A stretch of 64,000 bases of DNA from Pseudomonadales bacterium (GCA_036960375.1 JBALVY010000001.1:716906-780905), one strand, 5' to 3'; positions 10,139 through 21,169 are shown, counted from the stretch's first letter. Notes: a model not told the origin generated them from the sequence alone. Translations and numbers: made by a program.

Positions 10139-11479
10139 TTACAGACCCAGTTTTTTCTCAAGATAATGGATATTAACGCCGCCCTTGCGGAAGGCTGTGT
10201 CACGAACCAGGTCGTAGTGCAGTGGCTGGTTGGTTCGGATTCCGTCCACCACCAATTCGTCCAAGGCATTACGCATACGATCGAGGGCTTCTTCTCTGGT
10301 CGCGCCATAGCTGATGACTTTGCCTATCAGCGAGTCATAATGCGGCGGCACGGTATAGCCGCTGTAGATGTGCGAATCCATTCGAATCCCATTGCCGCCG
10401 GGTGCGTGGTAGCGTTGTATCTTGCCGGGGCAGGGCATAAATGTTTTGGGGTCTTCAGCGTTGATACGGCATTCAAAAGCATGCCCCGTGAAGTTGATGT
10501 CTTCCTGTTTTAGTGTCAAGGGCTCACCACCGGCAATGCGTAGCTGCCATTTGACAATATCGACACCGGTGATCATCTCGGATACCGGGTGCTCTACTTG
10601 CACTCGGGTATTCATCTCAATAAAGAAAAATTCGCCGTTCTCATAGAGAAATTCAAAAGTCCCAGCGCCCTTGTAGCCAATTTCAATGCAGGCGTCAGTA
10701 CAGGATTTGGCTACCTTGGCTCGAATATCATCTGGAATACCGGGCGCAGGCGCCTCTTCCAGTACTTTCTGGTGACGTCGTTGGAGGGAACAATCGCGAT
10801 CACCAAGATGTATGGCATTACCCTGACCGTCGGCAAGGATCTGAATTTCTACATGGCGTGGTGTCTCGAGAAACTTCTCCATATACACCGTATCGTCGCC
10901 GAACGCCGCTTTGGCTTCTGAACGCGTGACATAAACAGCATTTTTCAGGTGGGCCTCACTGTGTACGGTGCGCATGCCACGTCCGCCGCCGCCGGAAGCA
11001 GCCTTAATGATGATCGGGTAGCCTATACGACGAGCAATAGCAGCTATTTCGTCGTTATCATCACCTAAGGGTCCGTCCGAGCCAGGAACGGTGGGAACAC
11101 CGACTTTTTTCATCGCCTTAATAGCCGACACCTTGTCGCCCATCAAGCGGATAACATCCGCATCAGGTCCAATAAAAGTAAACCCGCTATTGGCAACTTG
11201 TTCGGCAAAGTCAGCGTTTTCCGCAAGAAAACCATAGCCGGGATGAATGCCCACGGCATCGGTCACTTCGGCGGCGGCGATAATTGCCGGCACGTTCAAA
11301 TAACTTTTGGGAGACGGGGCAGGGCCAATACAAATAGATTCATCTGCCAGGCGGACATGCATTAATTCTCTATCTGCGGTTGAATGAACTGCCACCGTGC
11401 GAATACCCAATTCCTTGCATGCGCGCAAGATTCGCAGTGCTATTTCTCCACGGTTGGCGATAACCACTTTATCCAGCAT
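10139..11479 (-). CDS. accC: Acetyl-CoA carboxylase biotin carboxylase subunit
   Basis: [36 protein letters not shown] and [10 protein letters not shown] motifs. Confidence 0.98.
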   Translation of the reverse strand: MLDKVVIANRGEIALRILRACKELGIRTVAVHSTADRELMHVRLADESICIGPAPSPKSYLNVPAIIAAAEVTDAVGIHPGYGFLAENADFAEQVANSGFTFIGPDADVIRLMGDKVSAIKAMKKVGVPTVPGSDGPLGDDNDEIAAIARRIGYPIIIKAASGGGGRGMRTVHSEAHLKNAVYVTRSEAKAAFGDDTVYMEKFLETPRHVEIQILADGQGNAIHLGDRDCSLQRRHQKVLEEAPAPGIPDDIRAKVAKSCTDACIEIGYKGAGTFEFLYENGEFFFIEMNTRVQVEHPVSEMITGVDIVKWQLRIAGGEPLTLKQEDINFTGHAFECRINAEDPKTFMPCPGKIQRYHAPGGNGIRMDSHIYSGYTVPPHYDSLIGKVISYGATREEALDRMRNALDELVVDGIRTNQPLHYDLVRDTAFRKGGVNIHYLEKKLGL

Positions 11480-11564
11480 GGTGGAATAAACCTCTTTTAG
11501 TGCCGATCATCATCGGGCTTCCTGCTGCAGGCTAATGCTGCGAACTACAGCAAGATCAATCTAT

Positions 11565-12014
11565 CTAGACAATGGTGACCAATGGTTGGTCAAATTCGAC
11601 CGAGTCGCCATCGTCTACCAGTATCGCCTCAACCACGCCGGCTTTATCGGCTTCGATCTGGTTCATCATTTTCATTGCTTCAATAATGCAAATAATGTCG
11701 CCGACCTTGACGTGTTGACCGGCCTCAATAAATACAGGAGAGCCCGGAGAGGGAGATCGATAGAATGTACCCACCATGGGTGAACTAACTACATGGCCAG
11801 TGATGGCCGGCGCTGCCGTAGCAGCCGGAGTTTCAGGGGCAATCACCGCCACCGGAGCTGGTGCAGCGGCGACAGGTGCAGCCATAACGGGAGCTTGTCC
11901 ACGCCCACTATTGCGACTGATGCGAACAGATTCTTCGCCTTCCTTGATCTCCAGTTCATCGATATTGGATTCTTCCAATAGTTCGATGAGCTTTTTGACT
12001 TTGCGGATATCCAT
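11565..12014 (-). CDS. accB: Biotin carboxyl carrier protein
   Basis: [12 protein letters not shown] start, Ala/Pro linker, SPMVGTFY and EAMKM biotinylation motif. Confidence 0.98.
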   Translation of the reverse strand: MDIRKVKKLIELLEESNIDELEIKEGEESVRISRNSGRGQAPVMAAPVAAAPAPVAVIAPETPAATAAPAITGHVVSSPMVGTFYRSPSPGSPVFIEAGQHVKVGDIICIIEAMKMMNQIEADKAGVVEAILVDDGDSVEFDQPLVTIV

Positions 12015-12030
12015 GGTGGGATAATCTCCT

Positions 12031-12477
12031 TTAGTTGGTATTCGCCAGCTGGCTCATCGCAGCACTCAGTGCCAGCTCGTAGCCCTGGGCACCCAACCCA
12101 CAGATCACGCCTTCGGCAATATCGGAAAAATAGGATAACTGGCGGAATTCTTCGCGTGCATGCACATTAGAAAGATGCACTTCTATAAAGGGGATATTGA
12201 CCGCCGACAGCGCATCACGCAGTGCAACACTGGTGTGAGTAAATGCTGCAGGGTTGAAAATAATATAATGGACCTCTTCCCGACTGGCATCGTGAATACG
12301 TTCAATTAGTTCGTATTCGGCATTGCTTTGCAGCGATAGCAGGTGATGTCCTGCAGTCCGTGCTTGCTCGGCCAGTGAATTGTCGATATCAGCTAGAGTG
12401 GTAGCGCCATAAATCTCTGGCTCACGAGAGCCTAGCAGGTTCAGGTTGGGGCCGTGTAATACCAGTATGCTTGCCAT
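12031..12477 (-). CDS. aroQ: Type II 3-dehydroquinate dehydratase
   Basis: [26 protein letters not shown] and EVHLSN motifs. Confidence 0.97.
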   Translation of the reverse strand: MASILVLHGPNLNLLGSREPEIYGATTLADIDNSLAEQARTAGHHLLSLQSNAEYELIERIHDASREEVHYIIFNPAAFTHTSVALRDALSAVNIPFIEVHLSNVHAREEFRQLSYFSDIAEGVICGLGAQGYELALSAAMSQLANTN

Positions 12478-12614
12478 GTGTCGCAGGTTCCCAGCGCCGT
12501 TTAAATGATCGTTCGATTCTGCTACAAATGACCTTATTCGTCTATCGCTTTGTTGATTTTATCGACGTTTGACGGGAATTCGCTGCCTGATTGGCGAAGT
12601 TCTGACTGGCTGGC

Positions 12615-14306
12615 TTATAGCTCAGCCAGTGCTGCTGCCACGTTAGTCTGCGTCAACAGCTGGGGTAGCATCAGGGCGGGGCGATCGGGATCCGCCGGAT
12701 ATAACAAATATAGCGGAATGCCAGAGCGGCCGTATTCTTCTAGTAAGGCCGATATGGCAGGGTTGTAGCGAGTCCAGTCAGCTTTTATATAGACTACACC
12801 TTTATCGTCAAAGGCCTTTGCTGTGGTTTCTGTGCCCAGTACCAGACGCTCGTTGGCGATACAGGTAATACACCAATCGGCAGTGACATTGACAAAAACG
12901 GAGTGGCCCTCGTTACGCAGTCGGGTAATTTGCTCACGCTGGAAGCTGTCTGCGCCCGGTTGGTCATCGTGGCTTGTGCTCAGGGAAGGATGTAGCAGGC
13001 TGGCCAGCACAATCGCTAGCAGCAATGGCTTGCTGAGCCGTGATGATTTGCCTGTTGGCCACCAGGCCGCAAGTGCTAATAATAAACAGCCTACCAGAAC
13101 AAGACTGACACCCGATGTGCCGGTTTGTCCGCTGAGTACGCTGAGAAGCCAGATGGCAGTGGCGAGTAGCGGGAAAGCCATGGCTTGTTTGAAACGTTCC
13201 ATCCACAGCCCGGGTTGTGGCAGCCAGCGTCCCAGCTTGGGTAAGTGGCTGAGTAATACAAAGGGAAAAGCCATGCCGGCGCCAAGGAAGGCAAATATAA
13301 TCAGCGCTGCCAGCCACGATTGAGTCATCGCAAAGCCCAAGGCTGAACCCATAAAGGGTGCGGTACAAGGGCTGGCTACGGTGGTGGCGAGTACGCCAGT
13401 AAAAAATGAGCCAGTGTGGCCGCTTTTTTCAGTCAGTTTTTGGCCAATGCCCATAAAGCGATTGCCTAGCTCCAGCAGACCCATAAGGCTCAGTGCTAAA
13501 ACAAAAAACAAATAGGTCAGAGCGGCGACAAACCAGGGTGCTTGTAGTTGAAAGCCCCAGCCGATAGCCTGACCTGCGGCCTTTAGCGTGATCAGGATGG
13601 CGGCAATAAGCACAAAGCTGCTGATGACCCCTGCTGCATAAAACCAGCCATGGCTGCGCAGGCTGTTGGCGGGCGCCTGAGCAAAACCCAATACTTTGAG
13701 AGTGAGTATAGGCAGTACGCATGGCATCAGATTAAGAATAATACCGCCGGCAAAGGCCAGCGCAGCCGCCAGCCAAAGGCCCATGTTTTGATCTTTTTTA
13801 GCAGGGCTTTCAATTTTAGGCCTGGACGGGTCGGGCAGTTCTGTTATCAGGTTTGTTGACAGGTCAATGTCAAACCATTGTTTGCGCGGGGGATAGCACA
13901 ATCCTGCATCTGCACAGCCCTGGGACTTCAGCTCAAGCCTGATGCGTTTGCTGCCGTTGAGGCCACTAATGACCATATTTGCGTTGTTATAAAATACCTC
14001 GACATCGCCGAAGTATTCATCGGTCTTGGCCAGGCCGGGTTCTATTTGCAGGTCGTGGGTTCTATCTACGCCCTCTATTTTGACTGCAAATTGATGCCGG
14101 TAAAGATAATAATCTTCGGCAATAGACCAGCTCAGCTGTAGTTCATCATCAGCAGGTAAGATAATCACCTGGTAGGCTTCGTCCACGGGTAAAAAAACCG
14201 GGCCCTGCTGTAAGGTGTTTGCCTGGGAGAACAAATTTTGGGCGCTGCTTGAGGCGCATATAAAGATGAAAAGCAGGCAAATTGCCCTGAGCCAGTGGTT
14301 CAACAT
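12615..14306 (-). CDS. dsbD: Protein-disulfide reductase DsbD/DipZ
   Basis: QGCADAGLCYPP N-domain, TM cysteines in MPCVLP and SPCTAP, thioredoxin WCITC. Confidence 0.93.
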   Translation of the reverse strand: MLNHWLRAICLLFIFICASSSAQNLFSQANTLQQGPVFLPVDEAYQVIILPADDELQLSWSIAEDYYLYRHQFAVKIEGVDRTHDLQIEPGLAKTDEYFGDVEVFYNNANMVISGLNGSKRIRLELKSQGCADAGLCYPPRKQWFDIDLSTNLITELPDPSRPKIESPAKKDQNMGLWLAAALAFAGGIILNLMPCVLPILTLKVLGFAQAPANSLRSHGWFYAAGVISSFVLIAAILITLKAAGQAIGWGFQLQAPWFVAALTYLFFVLALSLMGLLELGNRFMGIGQKLTEKSGHTGSFFTGVLATTVASPCTAPFMGSALGFAMTQSWLAALIIFAFLGAGMAFPFVLLSHLPKLGRWLPQPGLWMERFKQAMAFPLLATAIWLLSVLSGQTGTSGVSLVLVGCLLLALAAWWPTGKSSRLSKPLLLAIVLASLLHPSLSTSHDDQPGADSFQREQITRLRNEGHSVFVNVTADWCITCIANERLVLGTETTAKAFDDKGVVYIKADWTRYNPAISALLEEYGRSGIPLYLLYPADPDRPALMLPQLLTQTNVAAALAEL

Positions 14307-14399
14307 GGTTGTCTTGCCGTCACTAATGAATTTTACTAATGTATTGGAGGCTATCTGCTAAGATAGCGCCCCGTTTTATTGATCTACAGGTGTTATTGT

Positions 14400-15149
14400 A
14401 TGCGATTCGTACTGGCTTTACTGCTGGCAATTGGCTTGGTTGCCTGCGGAACTAATCCACAGCAGTCCTCGGTACCTGTTGTCAGCCCTGAGCCATCGGT
14501 TCAGGTCCAGGTTCAGTATACGGTTGATGAGCTTGATAGCCGGGCCGAGCGTGCCTGGTTGCGCGAACGACTGGTTGCACCGACGCATGATAATGTCTTG
14601 AGTTACTACCATCGGATTCTGGCTCAGGATAAAAGTAATGCCGCGGCCCATGACGGGATGTTACGTTTGGCGCGGGTTTATCAGCAGCGTGCAGAGATAG
14701 CGATTGATAATCGCCGCCTTGATGATTACCACGAGGCGATGAAATGGCTGGAGAAAATTGCCCCCAAGTCGCCGGTACTCGCCGTATTACAGGCCCGCGA
14801 ACCAAAAGACAAACCAGCTGAACCTAAGGCCAAGTCCGCTAAATCAAAAACCAGAGCCTCCCTGACCGCAACGGTAACAGCTGGAGATAAACGGGTTATG
14901 TTGTCGACAAAAGATGTATCAAATCGCAATGCAAGAGCTGTCAAGGTGATCTCCGAGACGGCGAGAAGGGCTCAGGCGATGGAGTCCCGTGTGATTATCA
15001 CTGCTCGCAACGATTCAGAAGGCCGTTGGATTTATCAGGAAATGCGCAAAGCCTCGACCGGTGACTATCTATTTCGAGCGAATATTGTTCGAGCCAGCAA
15101 ACCCACCATTGAACTACTGGATTACCCCGGTAATGGCGGTGCCCAATGA
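14400..15149 (+). CDS. Hypothetical lipoprotein with helical (TPR-like) region and basic C-terminal domain
   Basis: Lipobox LVAC after MRFVLALLLAIG; Lys/Pro/Ala linker; ATGA overlap with the next gene. Confidence 0.75.
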   Translation: MRFVLALLLAIGLVACGTNPQQSSVPVVSPEPSVQVQVQYTVDELDSRAERAWLRERLVAPTHDNVLSYYHRILAQDKSNAAAHDGMLRLARVYQQRAEIAIDNRRLDDYHEAMKWLEKIAPKSPVLAVLQAREPKDKPAEPKAKSAKSKTRASLTATVTAGDKRVMLSTKDVSNRNARAVKVISETARRAQAMESRVIITARNDSEGRWIYQEMRKASTGDYLFRANIVRASKPTIELLDYPGNGGAQ

Positions 15150-15592
15150 GCGTATTTCGATGCTTACTGGTTCTCTTGATGGCTCTGTGGGTACCCCTTG
15201 CCTCGGCCCAGCTGGAAATCAGCGATGGCTTTATTCGTGGCCTACCGCCGGGACAATCTACAACCGCTGCGTTTATGACACTGCATAATCCAGGTACGGA
15301 GCCGGTGGTGCTGGTCGGCGGACGTTCCGATATTGCCGCGGCGCTGGAAGTGCATGGACATCAACACACTGATGGCATGATGCGGATGAGGCCTGTCCCT
15401 GAGTTTGAGATAGCGGCTGGCAGCACACGAGTTTTATCCCCCGGCTCCTATCATTTGATGATAATTGGGCTTAATCGGGTGTTGGTTGATGGGGACAAGG
15501 CCGATTTGGTGTTAATCTTCGCTGATGGAAAGGAGCAGGCTTTAACGCTTCCGGTTCAAAGTGTTTTAAAGGAGGGCCATAATGGCCATTAA
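15146..15592 (+). CDS. Periplasmic copper chaperone PCu(A)C
   Basis: Signal peptide; TAAFMTL; EVH...GMMRMR...PGSYHLM copper-binding motif. Confidence 0.92.
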   Translation: MSVFRCLLVLLMALWVPLASAQLEISDGFIRGLPPGQSTTAAFMTLHNPGTEPVVLVGGRSDIAAALEVHGHQHTDGMMRMRPVPEFEIAAGSTRVLSPGSYHLMIIGLNRVLVDGDKADLVLIFADGKEQALTLPVQSVLKEGHNGH

Positions 15593-16658
15593 GCAGCGGG
15601 TACAGGGTTGGTGGGCCAAACTGGGTCGTGGCGCAGAAGATCTGCGTGATGACGTTCAGGATTCAATTGGTACAGATAGAGTGGTACGTGTTGGTTTGAC
15701 GGTAATCGCTGTTATTGTGCTGTCACTGACATTGCTCGGCTGGTACTGGAGTAATGAGCCGGAACTGGTTGGCGTTAATGAAATTACTGCCAATTTAGCG
15801 CAAGAGCAAAACCTGCAGTCCACAACCGGCAGTGCAACGACAGCAACGGCTATTTATGTGGCGCGTACGATGCTGGATAAACCCGGTGGCTTTTTGCATA
15901 ACGATGTATTTCCTCCCGGTATATTTATGGACAATATGCCCAATTGGGAATACGGCGTACTGGTGCAGACCCGGGATATGGTAAGGGCTTTGCGCGAAAA
16001 CTTTAGTCGCTCGCAGTCTCAATCCACAGAAGATCCGGATTTGACTCTGGCCGAACCACGTTTTAATTTTAAAGCCAGCAGCTGGATTTTACCGCCTTCG
16101 GAAAGTGAATATCGCGGCGGTATAAAATTACTGCTGAGCTATCATCAACGGCTGGCAGATCCTGAAAACCCTCAGGCGCAATTTTATGCCAGAGCAGACA
16201 ATTTACGTTTCTGGCTGGGTATGGTTTCCACTCGCATGGGGTCAATGTCTCAGCGACTGGCCTCCGCTGTTGAACAAAATCGCGTCAATACTGATCTTGC
16301 CGGCGATAGTGCAGCACTTCAGTCTACTCCTCGCGCTGCCGAGATCCGGGTGAAAACGCCATGGATGGAAATTGATGACGTATTTTACGAGTCACGTGGA
16401 GCGGCCTGGGCCTGGATACATTTTCTGCGTGCTGCTGAAAAAGACTTTGCGCCGGTATTGGCCAAGAAAAATGCACAGGCCAGTCTGGCACAAATTATCC
16501 GTGAGTTGGAGCAGACACAATACCCCGTGTATAGCCCGTTGATACTCAATGGCAATGGTTTCGGCCTGGTGGCTAATCATTCTCTGGTGATGGCTTCCTA
16601 TATCGCTGGAGCGAATGCCGCTCTGATTGATTTACGAGCATTGTTATCGGATGGTTAA
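15582..16658 (+). CDS. DUF2333 family membrane-anchored protein
   Basis: GWYWSNEP, KPGGFLHND, DNMPNWEYG, FSRSQSQSTED and IDDVFYESRG motifs typical of DUF2333. Confidence 0.85.
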   Translation: MAIKQRVQGWWAKLGRGAEDLRDDVQDSIGTDRVVRVGLTVIAVIVLSLTLLGWYWSNEPELVGVNEITANLAQEQNLQSTTGSATTATAIYVARTMLDKPGGFLHNDVFPPGIFMDNMPNWEYGVLVQTRDMVRALRENFSRSQSQSTEDPDLTLAEPRFNFKASSWILPPSESEYRGGIKLLLSYHQRLADPENPQAQFYARADNLRFWLGMVSTRMGSMSQRLASAVEQNRVNTDLAGDSAALQSTPRAAEIRVKTPWMEIDDVFYESRGAAWAWIHFLRAAEKDFAPVLAKKNAQASLAQIIRELEQTQYPVYSPLILNGNGFGLVANHSLVMASYIAGANAALIDLRALLSDG

Positions 16659-16662
16659 GCAA

Positions 16663-17226
16663 ATGAAATGGTTTTTGTCGGCCTGTGTAGCTGCGGTGTT
16701 TTTAGTTGGCTGTGCAAATAGTCCGCAGCAAATTACGCTGGCTCCCAAGACTTTGCACGAAGGTCAAAATCAGGGCGCAGGTGCGGCAGTTAACATAATG
16801 GGCATCGACGCCCGTCAGGAGCTGGTGGTCGGCTCCCGTGGTGGCACTTACAAAGATACGGCACTTATTACTGTTGGCAATGATGCCGGGGCTGCTCTAG
16901 CGGCGGTGGTAAGCTCCGGCCTGAAAGAAATGGGCTTTGTTGCTGATGCACAGGCACCGGTACAGCTGACTGTGTCGTTGCTTGATTTGCGGTTGACGTC
17001 GCCCAGTCAATATTATCAGTCCCATTTGATACTGAATGCCGGTATCAGTGTTGTCGCCAAAAAAGCCAACGAGACCTATAAGGGATCTTACAAGGGCATG
17101 ATTGACAATAAGACACTGACATCCGCTGATGCAGAAGATACGTCTCGCTTAATCAACTCGGCGCTGGATCAGGCGGTGGCCCGCTTGTTTGAAGACGAGG
17201 CCTTGCTCCATTTTATCGCCAATTAG
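16663..17226 (+). CDS. YajG family lipoprotein
   Basis: Lipobox LVGC; SPQQITLAP, DAR...VGSRGG; C-terminal amphipathic helix. Confidence 0.8.
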   Translation: MKWFLSACVAAVFLVGCANSPQQITLAPKTLHEGQNQGAGAAVNIMGIDARQELVVGSRGGTYKDTALITVGNDAGAALAAVVSSGLKEMGFVADAQAPVQLTVSLLDLRLTSPSQYYQSHLILNAGISVVAKKANETYKGSYKGMIDNKTLTSADAEDTSRLINSALDQAVARLFEDEALLHFIAN

Positions 17227-17234
17227 CCAGACGC

Positions 17235-19589
17235 ATGGCTGAGCCTTTAAATTGTGACGGTTTTATACTGACTCGCCAGTGGCGGGATACCTCCAAGGGG
17301 GTGGCGCTTGAGTTCTGGTGTGCATCTGAGCAGGGAGCAGTTCGGGCGACGGTAAGTAAACAAGAAGCCGTTTTTTTTCTATCCCAACAAGATTTTTCCG
17401 AGGCGCGACGCTTATTAGGTGATCGCTTTTGTGTTCGCTCTCGTCGTGTGGAGATGGAGACATTTACCCGTCAACCCGCAATAGCCTGCTACTTTTTACG
17501 TCAGCGCGAATTAATACACGCCCGCAATCAGCTGCAGGCTGCGGGCATCAGTGTATTAGAAGCCGATATAAAACCCAGCGATCGGTTTTTAATGGAGCGC
17601 TTTATTACCGGTGGCGTGAAGTTGGTAGGCCCCGTGCAGACTGGGGCTTGCCATATTGAATTTAGCGAACCGCGTTTGCAGCGCAGCGATTATTTACCCA
17701 CCCTTAAAGTACTATCTTTGGATATAGAAACGGCCATCGATTCACCAACCTTATATTCTATCGGACTGTACACAGATAACGAACAATGCGTATTGATGGT
17801 GGGGCAGGGTGATGATGACGAATTAGTGCGTTATTTCGCAGATGAAAGCAGTCTATTACTCGGTTTTTTCCATTGGCTGGAACAGACCGACCCGGACGTA
17901 ATCATCGGCTGGAATGTTATTAATTTCGATCTGTGGTTTCTTGAGAAATGTTGCCAGCGTCTTGGTTTGAAACTGATTCTGGGTAGGCACGAAGGCAAAG
18001 CGCACTGGCGTGATACCGACGATAGTGGTGACCGTAAGGCCATTTCCATTGCCGGCAGAGTTGTCATTGATGGTATTGATGTGCTGCGAACGGCGGGTTA
18101 TCACTTCGAGAGTTTCTCTCTGCAGGCGGTAGCAACCCAATTATTGGGCGAAGGTAAATTGCTCACTGGCGGTCAGCGCGGCAGTGAAATCACTGACCTG
18201 TACAGACAAGATAAAAGAGCACTGGCTGAATACAATATTACCGATTGTCGCCTGGTCATGGATATTTTCACCCAACAGGGTTTGATTGATTTCAGCATAG
18301 CTCGCGCAGTATTAACCGGGTTGCCGTTAGATCGGGTTGGCGGCTCTGTAGCGGCCTTTGATTTCCAATATCTGCCCCTGTTGCACAGGGCCGGTTTTGT
18401 CGCACCTGCCGGCAGTGATCAACCGACGACGGCAAGCCCGGGAGGCTATGTTATGTCATCCCGACCCGGGGTATATAATCATGTACTGGTATTGGATTTC
18501 AAAAGCCTGTACCCCAGTATTATTCGCAGCTACTGCATAGATCCTATGGGTATGGCGATTGCACTTTGTAATACAGATGAAGATTACCAGCTTGTGCCTG
18601 GCTTTTCTGGAGGGTGTTTTTCGCGTAGCGAACATCTATTGCCTGAGATAATTGCCGGCTTATGGGAGGCTCGTGACGGTGCAAAGGCTCGCGGCGATAA
18701 GGCCTTATCGCAGGCGATAAAAATCATTATGAACTCCTTTTATGGCGTGCTTGGAACTCCCGGTTGCCGTTTTTTTGATCCACGATTGGCTTCTTCTATC
18801 ACCCGTCGTGGTCATCAGATTCTGACTGAGAGCAAAACATTTATTGAGCAGCAGGGTTACCGTGTTATCTATGGTGATACCGATTCAGTTTTTGTCTGGG
18901 TGGAAAACTGCGACAGCCACGAGCAAGCACAGCAGGTGGGGGTGCAGCTTGCCGCCCAGTTAAATACCTGGTGGACCGACCTTCTGTCCAAAGACATGGG
19001 TTTGGACAGTGTGCTGGAAATTGAGTTTGAGACACATTACCGTAAATTTTTAATGCCCACTATTCGGGGCACTGAGCTAGGTAGTAAGAAACGCTACGCC
19101 GGTCTGGTAGAAACGGATCAAGGGCCCCAAATGATCTTTAAGGGTCTGGAGACGGTACGCAGTGACTGGACTCGTCTGGCCCGAGATTTTCAGTATGAGC
19201 TTTATCGGCTGATCTTTAATGATCAGCCGTGGCAAGATTTCGTGCGCACGACGGTTGCTGATTTGTTGGCTGGAAAGTTGGACGATCAGTTACTTTACCG
19301 CAAGCGCTTGCGCCGGCAACTGGCCGACTATCAAAAGAACATTCCCCCTCATGTTCAGGCGGCACACAAAGCTGTGGAGCTAAGTAAGGGCAGAGATACG
19401 CCGCGTCGTGGCGATTGGATTGAATACCTGATGACCGCCAGTGGGCCCGAGCCTGTAGCCTACAGGCAATCCAGCCTGGACTATGACTACTATATGGAGC
19501 GGCAATTGGCGCCAGCCGCAGATAGTATCCTGCATTTTGTGGGCAGTAGCTTTGATCAAATTACTGGCCGTCAAATAGGCCTGTTATAA
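17235..19589 (+). CDS. polB: DNA polymerase II
   Basis: GFILTRQWRD, exonuclease DIET, DFKSLYPSII, KIIMNSFYG, YGDTDS; C-terminal clamp-binding QIGLL. Confidence 0.97.
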   Translation: MAEPLNCDGFILTRQWRDTSKGVALEFWCASEQGAVRATVSKQEAVFFLSQQDFSEARRLLGDRFCVRSRRVEMETFTRQPAIACYFLRQRELIHARNQLQAAGISVLEADIKPSDRFLMERFITGGVKLVGPVQTGACHIEFSEPRLQRSDYLPTLKVLSLDIETAIDSPTLYSIGLYTDNEQCVLMVGQGDDDELVRYFADESSLLLGFFHWLEQTDPDVIIGWNVINFDLWFLEKCCQRLGLKLILGRHEGKAHWRDTDDSGDRKAISIAGRVVIDGIDVLRTAGYHFESFSLQAVATQLLGEGKLLTGGQRGSEITDLYRQDKRALAEYNITDCRLVMDIFTQQGLIDFSIARAVLTGLPLDRVGGSVAAFDFQYLPLLHRAGFVAPAGSDQPTTASPGGYVMSSRPGVYNHVLVLDFKSLYPSIIRSYCIDPMGMAIALCNTDEDYQLVPGFSGGCFSRSEHLLPEIIAGLWEARDGAKARGDKALSQAIKIIMNSFYGVLGTPGCRFFDPRLASSITRRGHQILTESKTFIEQQGYRVIYGDTDSVFVWVENCDSHEQAQQVGVQLAAQLNTWWTDLLSKDMGLDSVLEIEFETHYRKFLMPTIRGTELGSKKRYAGLVETDQGPQMIFKGLETVRSDWTRLARDFQYELYRLIFNDQPWQDFVRTTVADLLAGKLDDQLLYRKRLRRQLADYQKNIPPHVQAAHKAVELSKGRDTPRRGDWIEYLMTASGPEPVAYRQSSLDYDYYMERQLAPAADSILHFVGSSFDQITGRQIGLL

Positions 19590-21169
19590 ACCTGAGCTGA
19601 TGTACTGGAGTTTTTGACTTTTACCGCAGACATCTTCAATATCTTCGAACCTGCTGCGTGCTCTACCAGCAGGTAAACAGCGCCGTCTTGGCCTACCTCC
19701 ACATCTCGGAAGCGACCCAGGTTCTCTAGTAAGGTTTCCTGGTGAACGACCCTGTTGCCTGAAATTTCCAAGCGCACAAAATCCGATGATTTGAGGTTAC
19801 AGAGTAATAGATTGTTCTGCCAGTTAGGGAATGCGTCGCCGGTATAAAACGCGATGCTCGAAACCGCTGTCGATGGGGTGATATCCAATATAGGCGTTTG
19901 CGTTTCTTCAATCGGCATTGCTTCGCCCAAGTCGTCTGTATAGTCGACAGGGCTGCCGTCGTAGTTAATTCCGCTGGTATGAAAGGGCCATCCATAGTTT
20001 GCACCGCTGAATAGCAAGTTAATTTCGTCGCCGCCTCGTGGCCCCATTTCAGATTGCCACAGAGTTTTTCTGCTTTGGTCGAAAGCCAACCCTTCGGTGT
20101 TTCTATGACCCAGAGTCCAAATGGTTGGCAGGGCACCTTGTTTGTCAACGAAGGGGTTATCTGTCGGGATTTGCCCGTTATCCTGAATTCTGTGAATCTT
20201 GCCGTAGGGCAGGGTCAGGTCCTGAATTCCCATATGATCGGGCTCGGCTTTATGACCAATGGATAAAAATACATGGCCGGCACCATCAAAAGCGATCCTG
20301 CCACCCGCGCTTAAATCAAAAGAAGGGGAATAGGTATCGATATGCGGCTCGTAGATCACCTCTTGATCAACCCACCGGTAGTTCTTTATGCGCCCTCTCA
20401 CCAGCTTGGTCATGGAGACCTTTCGGCCCATTTTCATTTCATAGGGGTCAAAGCCACGACTGGCGTCGTTGCAGTCTTCGCAGCGCTCTGAGTAGGACAG
20501 GTAAATCCAGCGGTTTTCAGCATAATTGGGGTGTAAGGCTACGTCTAGCATCCAGCCAAGTCCCATCGGTTGGCCCCAGGCTTTTTCGATATCGTTATAC
20601 ACTTTGGGTGTGCCAAAAATGGTTTTTATCTTACCGTTCGCCTCAATAATACTTAGCCCCAGGCCTTTTTCAGTGACTAATATTTCTCCGTTGGGTAGCC
20701 TTGCAATGGCATAGGGCAGGCCATCTATACCTTCGGCCACTACCTCGACGGTAAAGCTGTGAAGCTCACTCTCTACCTTGCCTTTAGGAATATTCATGGG
20801 CCGATTCACCTTAAAGTCGGCCATGGTATTACCGTCGCGACGCTCGGCAATATATAGACCCATTTGGTGAATCGTCTGCTCGCTCAAGGTCTCACTCCAG
20901 GCTGGCATGCCGCGCTGGGGGAAGCCGCTAGTGATACTGGCCTTAATTTCGTTGAGGGAATCGCCGTACTTGAGATCAGCCAGCAAGCTTGGCCCCAAAC
21001 CGCTGCCCTCAAGATCGCTACCGTGGCAGGCGGCGCAATTGTTTGTATAGGTTTCTTCAAAACCGTCGACCAATGGGCGTTGGCTAATCTCTTTTAAGTC
21101 GGGCATTAGCATAAAAGCCAAAAAGCCCAACGTGACTAAAACGATTAAGACAAGTAGTAGTTTTTTCAT
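19571..21169 (-). CDS. Membrane-anchored cytochrome c / PQQ-dependent sugar dehydrogenase (GSDH family) fusion
   Basis: N-terminal TM, CAACH heme motif plus distal MPAW; LDVALHP, GKIHRI, GHRN, GPRGGDEIN, NYGWP and RFRDV. Confidence 0.9.
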   Translation of the reverse strand: MKKLLLVLIVLVTLGFLAFMLMPDLKEISQRPLVDGFEETYTNNCAACHGSDLEGSGLGPSLLADLKYGDSLNEIKASITSGFPQRGMPAWSETLSEQTIHQMGLYIAERRDGNTMADFKVNRPMNIPKGKVESELHSFTVEVVAEGIDGLPYAIARLPNGEILVTEKGLGLSIIEANGKIKTIFGTPKVYNDIEKAWGQPMGLGWMLDVALHPNYAENRWIYLSYSERCEDCNDASRGFDPYEMKMGRKVSMTKLVRGRIKNYRWVDQEVIYEPHIDTYSPSFDLSAGGRIAFDGAGHVFLSIGHKAEPDHMGIQDLTLPYGKIHRIQDNGQIPTDNPFVDKQGALPTIWTLGHRNTEGLAFDQSRKTLWQSEMGPRGGDEINLLFSGANYGWPFHTSGINYDGSPVDYTDDLGEAMPIEETQTPILDITPSTAVSSIAFYTGDAFPNWQNNLLLCNLKSSDFVRLEISGNRVVHQETLLENLGRFRDVEVGQDGAVYLLVEHAAGSKILKMSAVKVKNSSTSAQVYNRPI

